64,000 nucleotides of DNA. Origin: Rhodothermales bacterium. GTDB lineage: Bacteria; Bacteroidota; Rhodothermia; Rhodothermales; VXPQ01. Where the stretch lies: NCBI GenBank assembly GCA_022821845.1, contig JAJECT010000009.1, forward strand, positions 10,899 through 74,898, given 5' to 3'. How positions within the stretch are numbered: the stretch's first letter is position 1; each line of letters begins with the position of its first letter. Made by a program: the position numbers and the translations under genes. Shown here piece after piece: positions 1 to 11,673 of this stretch. The notes beneath the pieces were generated by a model. The model was not told the DNA's origin. It worked only from the letters and a program-made list of their open reading frames with translations, and ran no database searches.

Positions 1-1047
1 CTGCTGCGCTTCCTCGACCATCCGAACAATGCGGGCCAGCGCCGTATCCTCCCCCACATGGGTCGCCCGAAAATGAAAGCCGCCTCGCCCGTTGACGGTG
101 CCTCCCACCACCTTGTCGCCCGCTTTTTTCTCGACCGGAATGGATTCTCCCGTAAGCATCGATTCGTCTATCCAGGACGTCCCCTCCTCCACGACGCCGT
201 CCGCAGGCAGGCGTTCGCCGGGCCGCACAAGCACCAGATCGCCGACCGCGAGTTCTCCGATGGGAATATCTATCTCCTTGTCCCCCTTGGCGATGCGGGC
301 CAGCGGCGGACGCAGGGAAAGCAGCGACCGCATGGCGTCCCCGGCCCGCTCCCGGGCGCGCGCTTCCAGATATTTTCCCAGCAAAATGAGCGCAATGATC
401 GCCGAAGAGGCTTCGAAGTACGCATGGGCGGCGCCGGCGGGCAGCGAACCGGGCCAGAACAGGGCCACCACCGAATATCCATAGGCCGCGCTGGACCCCA
501 GCATCACCAGCGCATGCATGTCCGGGCGCAGCGCCCGCGTCGCCTTCCAGCCCAACCGGTAGAACCAGCGCCCCGGCCCGAATTGCACAATGCTGGCCAG
601 CGCGAACAGGGTGTACGCCAAGGGCTCCTCCCCAATCAGCAGGTGGAGCCAGGACGCAGCCGGAGGCCACAGCATCGGGGCCATTTGCAAGACGACGACC
701 AGCGCGGCGGGAATGCCCGCAAGCAATGCCCGCCTTCCGAGGGCGCTCCGCTCCGATTCGCGGGCCGTGGTTTCTGCCTTTGTTTGTTCCCTGACGTCCG
801 CCGCCGCTTCCACGACCTCGTATCCGGCGGCGCGCGTCGCGGCGTACAGGGCTCCGGGCAGCCCGGAATCGCCCTGGTAGCGTACGCGCGCCCGTTCGGT
901 GGCCAGGTTGACGTCCGCCGCTGCCACGCCATCCACGGCGCTCAGCGCTTTTTCGACGCGGAGCGCGCAGGCGGCGCACGTCATGCCCCGGACCCCGAAT
1001 TGTATCTCCTCTTCGGGAGCGCGGCGGATAGCAAGATCGGCGGCCAT
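1..1047 (-). CDS. copA: Cu(I)-translocating P1B-type ATPase, N-terminal part (runs off window start)
   Basis: Not in the ORF track because it is truncated. Manual minus-strand translation from ATG 1047 gives [35 protein letters not shown] (HMA domain GMTCxxC), then [22 protein letters not shown] and the actuator motif [14 protein letters not shown]. Confidence 0.92.
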   Translation of the reverse strand, partial: MAADLAIRRAPEEEIQFGVRGMTCAACALRVEKALSAVDGVAAADVNLATERARVRYQGDSGLPGALYAATRAAGYEVVEAAADVREQTKAETTARESERSALGRRALLAGIPAALVVVLQMAPMLWPPAASWLHLLIGEEPLAYTLFALASIVQFGPGRWFYRLGWKATRALRPDMHALVMLGSSAAYGYSVVALFWPGSLPAGAAHAYFEASSAIIALILLGKYLEARARERAGDAMRSLLSLRPPLARIAKGDKEIDIPIGELAVGDLVLVRPGERLPADGVVEEGTSWIDESMLTGESIPVEKKAGDKVVGGTVNGRGGFHFRATHVGEDTALARIVRMVEEAQQ

Positions 1048-1078
1048 GGCGCGAGGGAAAAAGGTATGCGCAGGCGCG

Positions 1079-3574
1079 TTATTCTTCCTGCGGGTCCAGA
1101 ATGTTGTCGATGCGGGCCCGTACGTCTTCGAGATGCAAGGCCGTAGGCCGGTCCTGCGTCCGCCGGGCGGCTTGCTGCGCATCCCTGGTTAGCGCTTCCA
1201 GTTCGCCCCGTACGTAGGCCCGGATATCGCTTTGGCTCACGTCGATGGGGGTATAGCCAAGGTAGCGGCGGGCGGCGGCGGGCGGCGCCGTCGCCTCCTC
1301 GTTCATCAGCCGCCGAAGGTCCTCCAGGTAGGCGCGTTGCAGATTGCGCCGCCACGGATCGATGGCCTCGCCGGCGGCGAGTTCGCGCCAAAGGCCCTTG
1401 CGCAGGTCTTCCAGCATATCAAGGGGGGCGTACGCCTCGCTGCCGAGGCGCGCCTCCGCTTCGATCAGGCGGGCCAGGCGCTGCGGGTCCAGCACCAGGT
1501 CCAGCCGATTCGCCTGGATGCTGCGAATGCGCTCGAGGGCTCCCGCATGTTCGATCCGGCGAAGAACATCCTCGTCGAGGAGCCATCGGGGCGTCTCGAA
1601 TCCGAATTCGTGCAGAAAAGCCATGGCCTTCGTTTGCGCCTCCCGCGAAACCATGGTATAGACGGGTCCTTCCTGGTCGTACGTCTTCGGGGTTTCGTAC
1701 ACGCCGCCGATTTCGCGGGCTACGTGGCCGAGGTAGCGTCTCCACTGGACCACGATCTCCCCGTACAACTCCTCAAGGTGCGCGTAATCTTCGCCCTCCT
1801 CTCCGGTCCATTCGATCAGGTTCGGCACGATCCGTTGCAGGTTCGCCATGCCCAGCCGACCGGCGTCCACGGCATCGTCGCCCAGGTCTTCGCGCTGCGA
1901 CCGGGGATCGATGGGATTGCCCGTCTGCCGCCCGTAGAAATACAAGGGGTCGTCTGCGCGCTCCGCGACCCAGCTGTTCAGCACGGCCCTTATTTCCTCT
2001 TCGCTCGTTGCGTCCGGAATGGGCCGGTAGCCCCAGCGAACGCTCCATTTGTCGTATTCGCCGATCATGGGTATGAAATGCGTCACCCCGTCTTCTGGCT
2101 GCGCGATGTAATTGAAGCGGGCGTAATCCATGATGGACGGCGACGTGCCGCGCGCGCTTGTAAACGCAGGCGAACGCAGCGAATCGACGGGAAATGCGTA
2201 GCTCGAACCCCAGTTGTGCGGCAGCCCAAGCGTATGGCCCACCTCATGGGCGGAAACGAACCGGATTAATTCCCCCATCACCTCCTCGTCGAACGCTACG
2301 CTGCGCGCATGGGGGTTCGCGGCGGCGGTCTGCACGAAATACCAGTTCCGCAACAGGTTCATCACATTGTGGTACCACCCGATATCGCTTTCGAGAATCT
2401 CTCCCGTGCGCGGGTCGTGCACGTGCGGGCCGTACGCGTTTTCAATATCGGAGGGGAAATACCGGATTACGGAATAGCGCGCGTCCTCCGGGCTGAATTC
2501 CGGGTCTTCCTCTGCGGAAGGCGGGTATTTGCCGATAATGGCGTTCCGGAAACCGGCTTCCTCGAACGCCGCGTTCCAGTCGTCCACGCCCTGTTTGATG
2601 TACGGACGCCATTTCATCGGGGTGGCCGGATCGATGTAGTACACGATGGGCCGCACCGGCTCCACGAGTTCGCCGCGCGCGAAGGCTTCGGGGTCGGAGG
2701 GGTCCAGCCGCCATTTCGTAATGAAGCATTTTTCCTCCGCCCGCTGCGCGTCTGCCCCGTAATCGATGGTCTCCACGTTGAAGTACCCCACGCGGGCGTC
2801 GCAGGGGCGCGGCGTCATCCGTTGATCTGGCAAAAGCACCATGGACTGGTTCATTTCCACGGAAATGGTTCCGGTCGATGGGTTTTCGGGCGGCTCGTCC
2901 GCGGAGTACGTGAGCGTATGGCGCACCTCGATATTGCGGGGAAAGCTTTGGGCCGCATTGACATAGGAACGATCCTTGTCCAGGCTCTTGACCTTGTAGC
3001 GTTCGCGGCTCGTCGAGCCGAGGCCCAGAAAGCGAACGTCCGTCGTAAAGAGTTCCGTCACGTCCACGACGGAGCGGGTGGAATCGTCGCTGCGGGCAAG
3101 AATGTCGAAGGCGCCCACGACGGGTTCGAGGTTGGCGTTGCGGACCGCCTGGTAAATCGGCTTCTCCTCGCTCGCTACGCTTTCGTAGGAGACGATGCGA
3201 AGAAGCGTCTTGTCCCCCTGCCGCTCCCATCGCAATACCTGCGTATTGGTTTTTTGCCCGCCGTAGCCCATGCCGGCGTGCGTACGGGCCTGGCGAGTCA
3301 CGAGAATCATCTCCCGTCCAAGCAACGTATCCGGGATCTCGAACAGGAGCTGCTCCGCATCCCGATGCACCGTAAACAGGCCCGCGTCGGAGGCCATGCT
3401 TTCCTTGACGACCTCCGAATATTTCTTCATTTTGGAATCGGAATCCTCCGACTCTTTGGCGTCCGAAGCAGGGGCGTCGGCCATGCGGGCCGTTTGCAGC
3501 CCGATGCTACAGCCCCCGAATAAAACCGCAAGCGCAAGAAACGTCCACAGCGAAGAAATTCCTGAACGAGGCAT
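1079..3574 (-). CDS. Zinc-dependent metalloprotease lipoprotein (DUF5117/DUF5118/DUF4953, EcxA-like metzincin)
   Basis: Lipobox-like LFGGC after a hydrophobic signal; [12 protein letters not shown] (HExxHxxGxxH); Met-turn SIMDY; family motifs [27 protein letters not shown]. Confidence 0.88.
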   Translation of the reverse strand: MPRSGISSLWTFLALAVLFGGCSIGLQTARMADAPASDAKESEDSDSKMKKYSEVVKESMASDAGLFTVHRDAEQLLFEIPDTLLGREMILVTRQARTHAGMGYGGQKTNTQVLRWERQGDKTLLRIVSYESVASEEKPIYQAVRNANLEPVVGAFDILARSDDSTRSVVDVTELFTTDVRFLGLGSTSRERYKVKSLDKDRSYVNAAQSFPRNIEVRHTLTYSADEPPENPSTGTISVEMNQSMVLLPDQRMTPRPCDARVGYFNVETIDYGADAQRAEEKCFITKWRLDPSDPEAFARGELVEPVRPIVYYIDPATPMKWRPYIKQGVDDWNAAFEEAGFRNAIIGKYPPSAEEDPEFSPEDARYSVIRYFPSDIENAYGPHVHDPRTGEILESDIGWYHNVMNLLRNWYFVQTAAANPHARSVAFDEEVMGELIRFVSAHEVGHTLGLPHNWGSSYAFPVDSLRSPAFTSARGTSPSIMDYARFNYIAQPEDGVTHFIPMIGEYDKWSVRWGYRPIPDATSEEEIRAVLNSWVAERADDPLYFYGRQTGNPIDPRSQREDLGDDAVDAGRLGMANLQRIVPNLIEWTGEEGEDYAHLEELYGEIVVQWRRYLGHVAREIGGVYETPKTYDQEGPVYTMVSREAQTKAMAFLHEFGFETPRWLLDEDVLRRIEHAGALERIRSIQANRLDLVLDPQRLARLIEAEARLGSEAYAPLDMLEDLRKGLWRELAAGEAIDPWRRNLQRAYLEDLRRLMNEEATAPPAAARRYLGYTPIDVSQSDIRAYVRGELEALTRDAQQAARRTQDRPTALHLEDVRARIDNILDPQEE

Positions 3575-3764
3575 GGTCGGTTGGGCGATTATGGAAAATG
3601 ATTCCGGCGGAGCGCGGCGCCAGGCCCGTTGCGCAAAGCATGACGCGGGCCGGGCGCGGAGGCCGCCCGTTCGAAAAGGTACGGCACAGAGACGTTAAGA
3701 GCGAAGCACGAAAGAGATTAAAGGTTGCCGGCGGCGATGCGGCAATTGCCCTTAGTACTGCTTG

Positions 3765-3777
3765 TAACTATGTGATA
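3765..3777 (-). promoter_or_regulatory. IHF-like binding site
   Basis: Minus strand TATCACATAGTTA matches WATCAANNNNTTR with one mismatch, in an AT-rich patch next to the composite repeat. Confidence 0.35.
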
Positions 3778-3797
3778 TTTAAGGATTTAACAAGAAA

Positions 3798-3843
3798 GCC
3801 TTAAAAAGTAAGGACCAAAAATGTCGCGCCTTAGAAAGTAAGG
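3798..3843. repeat. 30-bp-period AT-rich dyad (family C), site 1
   Basis: GCCTTAAAAAGTAAGG at 3798 and GCCTTAGAAAGTAAGG at 3828; linker contains AAAATGTCG, also present at site 2. Confidence 0.75.
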
Positions 3844-3855
3844 CAAGGCTTATGT

Positions 3856-3962
3856 GGGGCCTGGGGTTCGCCTTTTCACGAAACATCGGGCCCCGAATAC
3901 ACACGCAAACCCATCGTCTGTCGCGCCCTTATGTATTCGTGAAAAGGCGCGCCACAGGCCCC
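3856..3962. repeat. 107-bp long-hairpin element (family A), copy 1
   Basis: Arms GGGGCCTGGGGTTCGCCTTTTCACGAA and TTCGTGAAAAGGCGCGCCACAGGCCCC (24/27 complementary); reverse complement aligns end to end with 27519-27629. Confidence 0.85.
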
Positions 3963-3996
3963 GTTTTCATGCTGCACCCGGTTCTCCAGCAAGCCC

Positions 3997-4042
3997 GGTT
4001 AAAATAATAAGGCGCGAAAATGTCGAGGTTAAAAAAATAAAC
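3997..4042. repeat. 30-bp-period AT-rich dyad (family C), site 2
   Basis: GGTTAAAATAATAAGG at 3997 and GGTTAAAAAAATAA at 4027, linker CGCGAAAATGTCGA. Confidence 0.75.
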
Positions 4043-4054
4043 CGCCGGGAAATT

Positions 4055-5128
4055 TTACAATACCGTCCAGTCTTTCGGCGCGTCGGTAAGGTTGCGTACG
4101 CCGTCCTTGCCGAGGCACACGACGTCTTCGATGCGCACGCCAAAGCGTCCCGGCAGGTAAACGCCCGGCTCGATCGTAACGACGCACTCCTCCGGCAGCA
4201 CCTCGTCCGCGTGGCGAGACAGGCGCGGCCATTCGTGAATTTCCAGCCCGACGCCGTGCCCGAGGCTGTGCGAAAATGCTTCGCCGTACCCTCCCGCCCG
4301 AATCGCGTCGCGGGCCAGCGCGTCGACTTCCCGGCCCGTCATGCCCGCCCGCGCATGGCGCAAGGCATGGGTCTGCGCAGCAAGCACCAGGTCGTACGTC
4401 TCGGGGACGAGGGGGTCCGGCTCCCCCACCGCCACCGTGCGCGTCATGTCCGAAGCGTACCCGTCCAGAAAGCACCCGAAATCGAGCAGCAGCACATCCC
4501 CGGAGCGGACCGCCCGGTCGGACGGCTGCGCATGCGGGAGCGCGCTGCGGGGACCCGCCGCCACGACCGGGTCGAAAGCCATCCGCTCCGCGCCGCGCCG
4601 AAGGTGTTCCCCGGTGATCCGGGCGGCAATTTCTTTTTCGGTGCGTCCCGGACGGATCCATTCCGTCAGAAAATCGAACACTTCGCTTGTTAAGGCCTGG
4701 GCGGCGCGGATCCGCTCCTGTTCCGCGGGGCTTTTGCAGGCCATCAGCGGGGCGAGGAGGTTGGGTTTTCCGATCCATTCGACGTCGGGAAAATGCTTCT
4801 GGAGCGTTTCGAGGGACGAAACGACAAGGCGATCCGAGGCATAGACCGCCTTGCGCGCGCCCGCGAGGCACCCTGCCGCCGCCGCGCATTCGGCGGCAGC
4901 GCGTTGCGAAGGGCTCATGACGCAGACCGCGGCGCCCGTCACTTCTTCCGCGGCTTGCGTACGGTAGCGCCCATCCGTTACGAAATGCGCGGTCTCCTCC
5001 CGCAGGATCAGTACGCCATGCGACCCGGTGAAGCCGCATGCCCAGCGCACCTGGGCGGGATGCGTCAGGTACAGGGCGTCCGCGGACAAGGAGCGAAGCA
5101 AGGCGCGGAGAGAATCGATGCGGTCCAC
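4055..5128 (-). CDS. Xaa-Pro aminopeptidase/prolidase (M24B)
   Basis: Creatinase-N domain (GFTGS, TDGRY); metal-binding motifs DFG..GYASDMTRT, HSLGHGVGLEIHE, TIEPGVY, GVRIED. Confidence 0.92.
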   Translation of the reverse strand: MDRIDSLRALLRSLSADALYLTHPAQVRWACGFTGSHGVLILREETAHFVTDGRYRTQAAEEVTGAAVCVMSPSQRAAAECAAAAGCLAGARKAVYASDRLVVSSLETLQKHFPDVEWIGKPNLLAPLMACKSPAEQERIRAAQALTSEVFDFLTEWIRPGRTEKEIAARITGEHLRRGAERMAFDPVVAAGPRSALPHAQPSDRAVRSGDVLLLDFGCFLDGYASDMTRTVAVGEPDPLVPETYDLVLAAQTHALRHARAGMTGREVDALARDAIRAGGYGEAFSHSLGHGVGLEIHEWPRLSRHADEVLPEECVVTIEPGVYLPGRFGVRIEDVVCLGKDGVRNLTDAPKDWTVL

Positions 5129-5142
5129 AAAAAATCTCTGGA

Positions 5143-5227
5143 AAGGATACGCTGATTATGGATACGCTGATTAGGGCCGCGAAGCGCAGCGGCTTGCGAG
5201 GCGCGCGCTGGCAAGGAACGACGAAGC
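5143..5227 (+). mobile_element. Truncated left end of MITE family B with duplicated terminus
   Basis: GGATACGCTGATTA occurs twice in tandem (5145, 5160), then ...CCGCGAAGCGCAGCGGCTTGCGAGGCGCGCGCTGGCAAGGAACGACGAAGC, which aligns with 39010-39059. Confidence 0.75.
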
Positions 5228-5236
5228 CGCGCGGCC

Positions 5237-7587
<2,351 letters not shown>

Positions 7588-7754
7588 GTCGGCAAAAGGG
7601 ATCCTGGTCAGCATAGCGCGTACGGCAATGAACAATGAACGAAACAGCGCGCGTTCTGTTCTTTGTCGGAAAAATTCCGATGGCGGGGCTATGCCTCAGG
7701 ATACGCCGACGAAAACCGCTTTGCCCGGCGCGTCATACTCGCCCGCGAAAAACG

Positions 7755-8429
7755 TTATGCTTGCGTCGGTTCATTCTCCTCGTCCTGACGCTGCATCGTT
7801 TCGTCTTCCTGTTGCAGCTGCAAGAGTTCGGCCCGTTCCCGACTGAAGGCCGGATCTCCAAGTATTTCCTCGATTTCGCGCAAGGTGGGCAGCGCGTCGA
7901 GGTCCGCCAGCCCGAATTGCTCCAGAAAAGCGCTTGTCGTGGCGTAGATCAGGGGGCGCCCCAGCGAATCGCTACGGCCCGCCACGTCGACGAACCCCTG
8001 CTCCATCAGTTTGCCCAGCGCATACCCGGAATCGACGCCCCGCACAAAATCGATTTCCGGTTTGGTTACGGGTTGCCGATACGCCACGATAGCGAGCGTT
8101 TCCATAAGCGAGCGCGACATTTTCTGCGCACGCTTGCGATTGAAAAAAGATTTCAGGTACGGAGCGACCGGAGCGATCGTCGCCATGCGAAAGCCCGCCG
8201 CCCAGCGCTCGATCCGAAAAACGCGCCCTTCGGTTTCGTACGCTGCGTTCAGGTCGGCGACGGCCTCCAGCACCTGCGCGTCCGCGGGGGCGGCGTATCC
8301 TGTCACGTCGCTATACGCCTCGGCGATTTCGCGCGCGGCCACCGGCCGATCCGCCGCAAAAATCAGGGCTTCGACCACCTGGACCAGCGTTCGATCCGCC
8401 AATTCGCGTATGGAAGCCACGTGCGGCAC
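7755..8429 (-). CDS. scpB: SMC-Scp complex subunit ScpB
   Basis: VEALIFAA, LMETLAIVAYRQPVTKPEIDFVRGV, GRPLIYATT..FLEQFGL..L..LP. Confidence 0.95.
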   Translation of the reverse strand: MPHVASIRELADRTLVQVVEALIFAADRPVAAREIAEAYSDVTGYAAPADAQVLEAVADLNAAYETEGRVFRIERWAAGFRMATIAPVAPYLKSFFNRKRAQKMSRSLMETLAIVAYRQPVTKPEIDFVRGVDSGYALGKLMEQGFVDVAGRSDSLGRPLIYATTSAFLEQFGLADLDALPTLREIEEILGDPAFSRERAELLQLQQEDETMQRQDEENEPTQA

Positions 8430-8507
8430 TATTCGGGATATGCTGGTTAGGGAATCTCTGTCTTTCCAAAGATATGAAACCGGACATTAAGCGGCGCATC
8501 CGCGCAA

Positions 8508-8547
8508 CGGGACCCGATGTTTCGCTTAAAGGCGCGCTCCAGGCCCC
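8508..8547 (+). repeat. Partial (right arm) family A hairpin element, copy 3
   Basis: CGGGACCCGATGTTTCGCTTAAAGGCGCGCTCCAGGCCCC matches the 3' part of copies 1 and 2 (GGGGCCCGATGTTTCGTG.AAAGGCG...CAGGCCCC). Confidence 0.65.
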
Positions 8548-8558
8548 TCAAACCGCCC

Positions 8559-8606
8559 CGCCTTATTTATTTAACCTCGAAATTTTTCCGCCTTCTTATT
8601 TTAAGC
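8559..8606. repeat. 30-bp-period AT-rich dyad (family C), site 3
   Basis: CGCCTTATTTATTTAA at 8559 and CGCCTTCTTATTTTAA at 8589; resembles the reverse complement of site 2 (TTAACCTCGA.ATTTT). Confidence 0.75.
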
Positions 8607-8625
8607 ACCCTTGTTTCCGGCTCCC

Positions 8626-9372
8626 TTATCCGTTTTCTTCGGGACGGTCCGGGTCGTCGGCTTCCGGGGTCCAAAGCGCAAGGTAAAAGTCAATCGGATT
8701 TTCTTCCGAAATATGTACGCGCGCTTGCTGCGCCTGAACGAGTTCGAGCGTGGCCAGAAAGGTGGCGATGATAAACGGCCGGGACCGGCCCGCCGCCAGC
8801 GCGGCGAACGAAAGCGGCTCGTCGGCCTCGAGGCGCTCCAGCAAAAACGCGCGTTGCCCCTCGATAGAATATTCTTCGCGCGCTACGTCGTGCGCCGCTT
8901 CCTCTGGCGCCTCCGCAAGGATTCGCTTCAGCGCCGACACCAGATCGAAAACAGAAGCATCCAGCGTCGGTTTTTGCTCCCACGCGGTGCGCTCGGTATT
9001 GGCCTGGCTTCGCGTAAAACGTTGCGCGCGTTCGTCTTCCAGCGAAAAAAGGTGGCCGGACGCTTCTTTGTACCGGACATATTCCAGCAGCCGCTCCACC
9101 AGTTCGCGTCGCGGGTCGATGGGGTCTCCGGCTTCGTCTGTCTCCTGGCCCGGCAGCAACATGCGGGCCTTTATGCCAATCAGAATGGCCGCCATATACA
9201 GAAATTCGCCCGCGCTGTCGAGATCGATCCTCTCCAGCAGGCGCACATGCTCCAGGTACTCGTCCGCAATGCGAGCCACCGGAATATCGAAAATATCCAG
9301 TTCGTCCCGCCGAATAAAAAAGAGGAGCAAGTCCAGGGGCCCCTCGAAGTCCTCAAGGTTTATCTGATACAT
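8626..9372 (-). CDS. scpA: Segregation/condensation protein ScpA (kleisin)
   Basis: MYQINLEDFEGPLDLLLFFI, EFLYMAAILIGIKARMLLP, TFLATLEL. Confidence 0.95.
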   Translation of the reverse strand: MYQINLEDFEGPLDLLLFFIRRDELDIFDIPVARIADEYLEHVRLLERIDLDSAGEFLYMAAILIGIKARMLLPGQETDEAGDPIDPRRELVERLLEYVRYKEASGHLFSLEDERAQRFTRSQANTERTAWEQKPTLDASVFDLVSALKRILAEAPEEAAHDVAREEYSIEGQRAFLLERLEADEPLSFAALAAGRSRPFIIATFLATLELVQAQQARVHISEENPIDFYLALWTPEADDPDRPEENG

Positions 9373-9421
9373 TTTCGCGGGCTTGATCGGATCTAACGCC
9401 TTGCCCTGCAAGGGGAAAGCG

Positions 9422-10348
9422 TCAATAATTCATGTGCCTTTCGAACCAGGCCGCCGTTTCCTCCAGTCCCTCTGCAAGGGCTGTGCGGGGAACCCAGCCA
9501 AGCGTTTCGCGGGCCAGGGCGCAGCCCAGTACGCTCCGCCGCTGTTCGCCGGGCCGTCCCGATTCGTGGCGTCGCGTCATGTTCGGCGCCATGCGATCCC
9601 GCAAGGCGTCGAAAAGGTCGTTTACGCTGGTTTCTGTCGCCGTGCCGATATTGAAGATACCCGATCCGCCGTACGCAAGCGCCTTCAGGTTGGCCTGCAC
9701 GACATCGTCCACATACACGTAGTCCCGCGTTTGCAAGCCGTCTCCGTAGACCACGGCCTGTTCGCCTCGCAACATGCGTTGCGCAAAGATCGCAATCACC
9801 CCGGCTTCTCCGTGCGGATTCTGCCGGGGGCCGTACACGTTTCCGTAGCGCAGGGCCACAAAGGCGACGCCATACTGATTTCGGTAATAATCGAGGTAGC
9901 GCTCCGAACACAGTTTGGCGACGCCGTACGGAGACAGGGGCCGCGTGGCGTGCCGTTCGTCCTGCGGGGCATAGTCGGGCTCGCCGTACATGGCGCCGCC
10001 CGTCGAGGCGAAAACGACTTTCTTCAGCCCCGCCCGCCGCCCGGCCTCCATGATATTCAGCAAGCCGAGAATATTGACGGTGGCGTCGAAGCGCGGGTCC
10101 GCGACGGATTTGCGCACATCCATTTGCGCGGCATGGTGTACGAACGCCTCGAAACCATGCTCCAGCATGCAGTCCGCCGCTTCGGGGGACCGAATGTCCA
10201 TTTCATGGAAAACGGCGCCGTCCGGAATGTTTTCCCGGCGTCCTCCGGACAAATCGTCGAGGATGTGCACGTCGTGGCCCGCCGCCAGCAGGGCTTCGCT
10301 TACATGAGACGCTATGAAGCCGGCGCCGCCGGAAACCAGTATTTTCAT
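9422..10348 (-). CDS. NAD-dependent nucleotide-sugar epimerase/dehydratase (UDP-glucose 4-epimerase-like)
   Basis: GGAGFIASH Rossmann motif, YGVAK catalytic YxxxK, LRYGNVYGPRQ, TRDYVYVDD. Confidence 0.9.
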   Translation of the reverse strand: MKILVSGGAGFIASHVSEALLAAGHDVHILDDLSGGRRENIPDGAVFHEMDIRSPEAADCMLEHGFEAFVHHAAQMDVRKSVADPRFDATVNILGLLNIMEAGRRAGLKKVVFASTGGAMYGEPDYAPQDERHATRPLSPYGVAKLCSERYLDYYRNQYGVAFVALRYGNVYGPRQNPHGEAGVIAIFAQRMLRGEQAVVYGDGLQTRDYVYVDDVVQANLKALAYGGSGIFNIGTATETSVNDLFDALRDRMAPNMTRRHESGRPGEQRRSVLGCALARETLGWVPRTALAEGLEETAAWFERHMNY

Positions 10349-11607
10349 GCCTGTCCTTGCGGCAAAAGCGCGGCGGTGGACAGCTGGTCTTCCCGAAAAA
10401 GCGTCGCCGCCACGCGCTGTATGTCTTCGACGGCGACTTGCTCGATCATTTCGTTGATTTCGTCAAGGGTCAGGTGGCGCCCGAAGTGCAATTCCCGCCG
10501 CCCGATGCCCATCATGCGGTTGCTCATGCCTTCCAGGCCAAGCATGAGGCCGCCCCGGACCTGATTTTTGGCCTCGCTCAGCGTCCGCTTCCCGACAGGA
10601 ACATTGGTAAAATGCCGAAATTCCTTCCGAATCAAGGCTTGCACGCGTTTCATCCTTCGTATATCCGTCGCGGCGTATACCCCGAAATCCCCCGAATCCG
10701 AGTGCATATTCGCGAACGACCCGATGCTGTAGCAAAAGCCGTATTTTTCCCGCACGTTCCGGTTGAGTCGGCTCGACATGCCGCCGCCCAGCAAGGTGTT
10801 CAAAACGCTGAACGCCACCCGGTCCGCATCGGTTACGGCAAGGCCGCGCGCGCCCACCACGAAATGCGCCTGCTGAACGGGGCGGGCCTCCATATAGTTG
10901 CGGGGCACATAGCCGTTGGCGGGCGGGCGGCGGATCGGACGGTCGTCCGCCGGCATATCTCCAAGCATCTTCTCGGCAAGGCGCAGCACGTCGTCGTGTT
11001 CTGCGTTGCCTGCCACGACCAGCGCGATGCGATTCGGAGCGTAGTGCTTTTCCATATACTCGCGCAAGATGGCGCGGTCGAAGGATTGCACCGTTTCGGG
11101 ACGCCCGATTACGGGCGCGCCCAGCGCATGGCCCTGGTACACGACGGATTCGAACCGGTCGAACACGAGCTCTTCCGGGGTATCCTCGTACATTTTTATT
11201 TCTTCGAGAATGACCCCCTTTTCCTTCTCTATTTCGTGTTCGGGGAACGTCGGGAAGCGCACCATGTCGCACAACGTATCGATCGCCCGGGCGAGATGTT
11301 CGTCCAGGGCGCGCGCATAGTAACAGGTGTACTCCTTGCCCGTAAACGCATTCAGGTAGCCGCCCACGGATTCCATGCGGCGCGCGATATGGTGCATGCG
11401 CCGCTTCTTCGTGCCCTTGAACGCCATATGTTCAAGGAAATGGCTGACGCCGCGTTGCGCGTCGCTTTCGTCCCGGCTGCCCGCCGCGACCCATACGCCC
11501 ACCGAAACAGAGCGTACCGACGAAATGCGCTCGGAAAGGACCCGAACGCCGTTTGGCAGCGTGGTCTTCCGGAAAGACGGCGACAGGCCGTTTCCCGCTT
11601 GTTTCAT
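10345..11607 (-). CDS. M16 family (pitrilysin-like) zinc peptidase
   Basis: Inverted zinc motif HFLEH, LNAFT, GGGMSSRL; conserved position downstream of pnp. Confidence 0.93.
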   Translation of the reverse strand: MKQAGNGLSPSFRKTTLPNGVRVLSERISSVRSVSVGVWVAAGSRDESDAQRGVSHFLEHMAFKGTKKRRMHHIARRMESVGGYLNAFTGKEYTCYYARALDEHLARAIDTLCDMVRFPTFPEHEIEKEKGVILEEIKMYEDTPEELVFDRFESVVYQGHALGAPVIGRPETVQSFDRAILREYMEKHYAPNRIALVVAGNAEHDDVLRLAEKMLGDMPADDRPIRRPPANGYVPRNYMEARPVQQAHFVVGARGLAVTDADRVAFSVLNTLLGGGMSSRLNRNVREKYGFCYSIGSFANMHSDSGDFGVYAATDIRRMKRVQALIRKEFRHFTNVPVGKRTLSEAKNQVRGGLMLGLEGMSNRMMGIGRRELHFGRHLTLDEINEMIEQVAVEDIQRVAATLFREDQLSTAALLPQGQA

Positions 11608-11673
11608 GACGTGTTTTGCGAGGGAAAGTGAAGCGCGAGGCTTTGCGCGAAGCGGTTTTGCCGAGGGGGATCC

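Noticed and set aside
58-1146. 362-aa plus-strand ORF, and similar long shadow ORFs (5285-6835, 16587-19439, 21629-23380, 33626-35953, 62764-63972)
   Set aside because: They are antisense to clearly recognisable genes (copA, guaB, infB, nadB, rpsA, clpC). Long stop-free antisense frames are expected at high GC and show no protein motifs.
3798-4045. Possible mini-CRISPR array from the 30-bp periodic repeats
   Set aside because: Only two units per site, linkers are similar rather than unique spacers, the period is too short for repeat plus spacer, and there are no cas genes.
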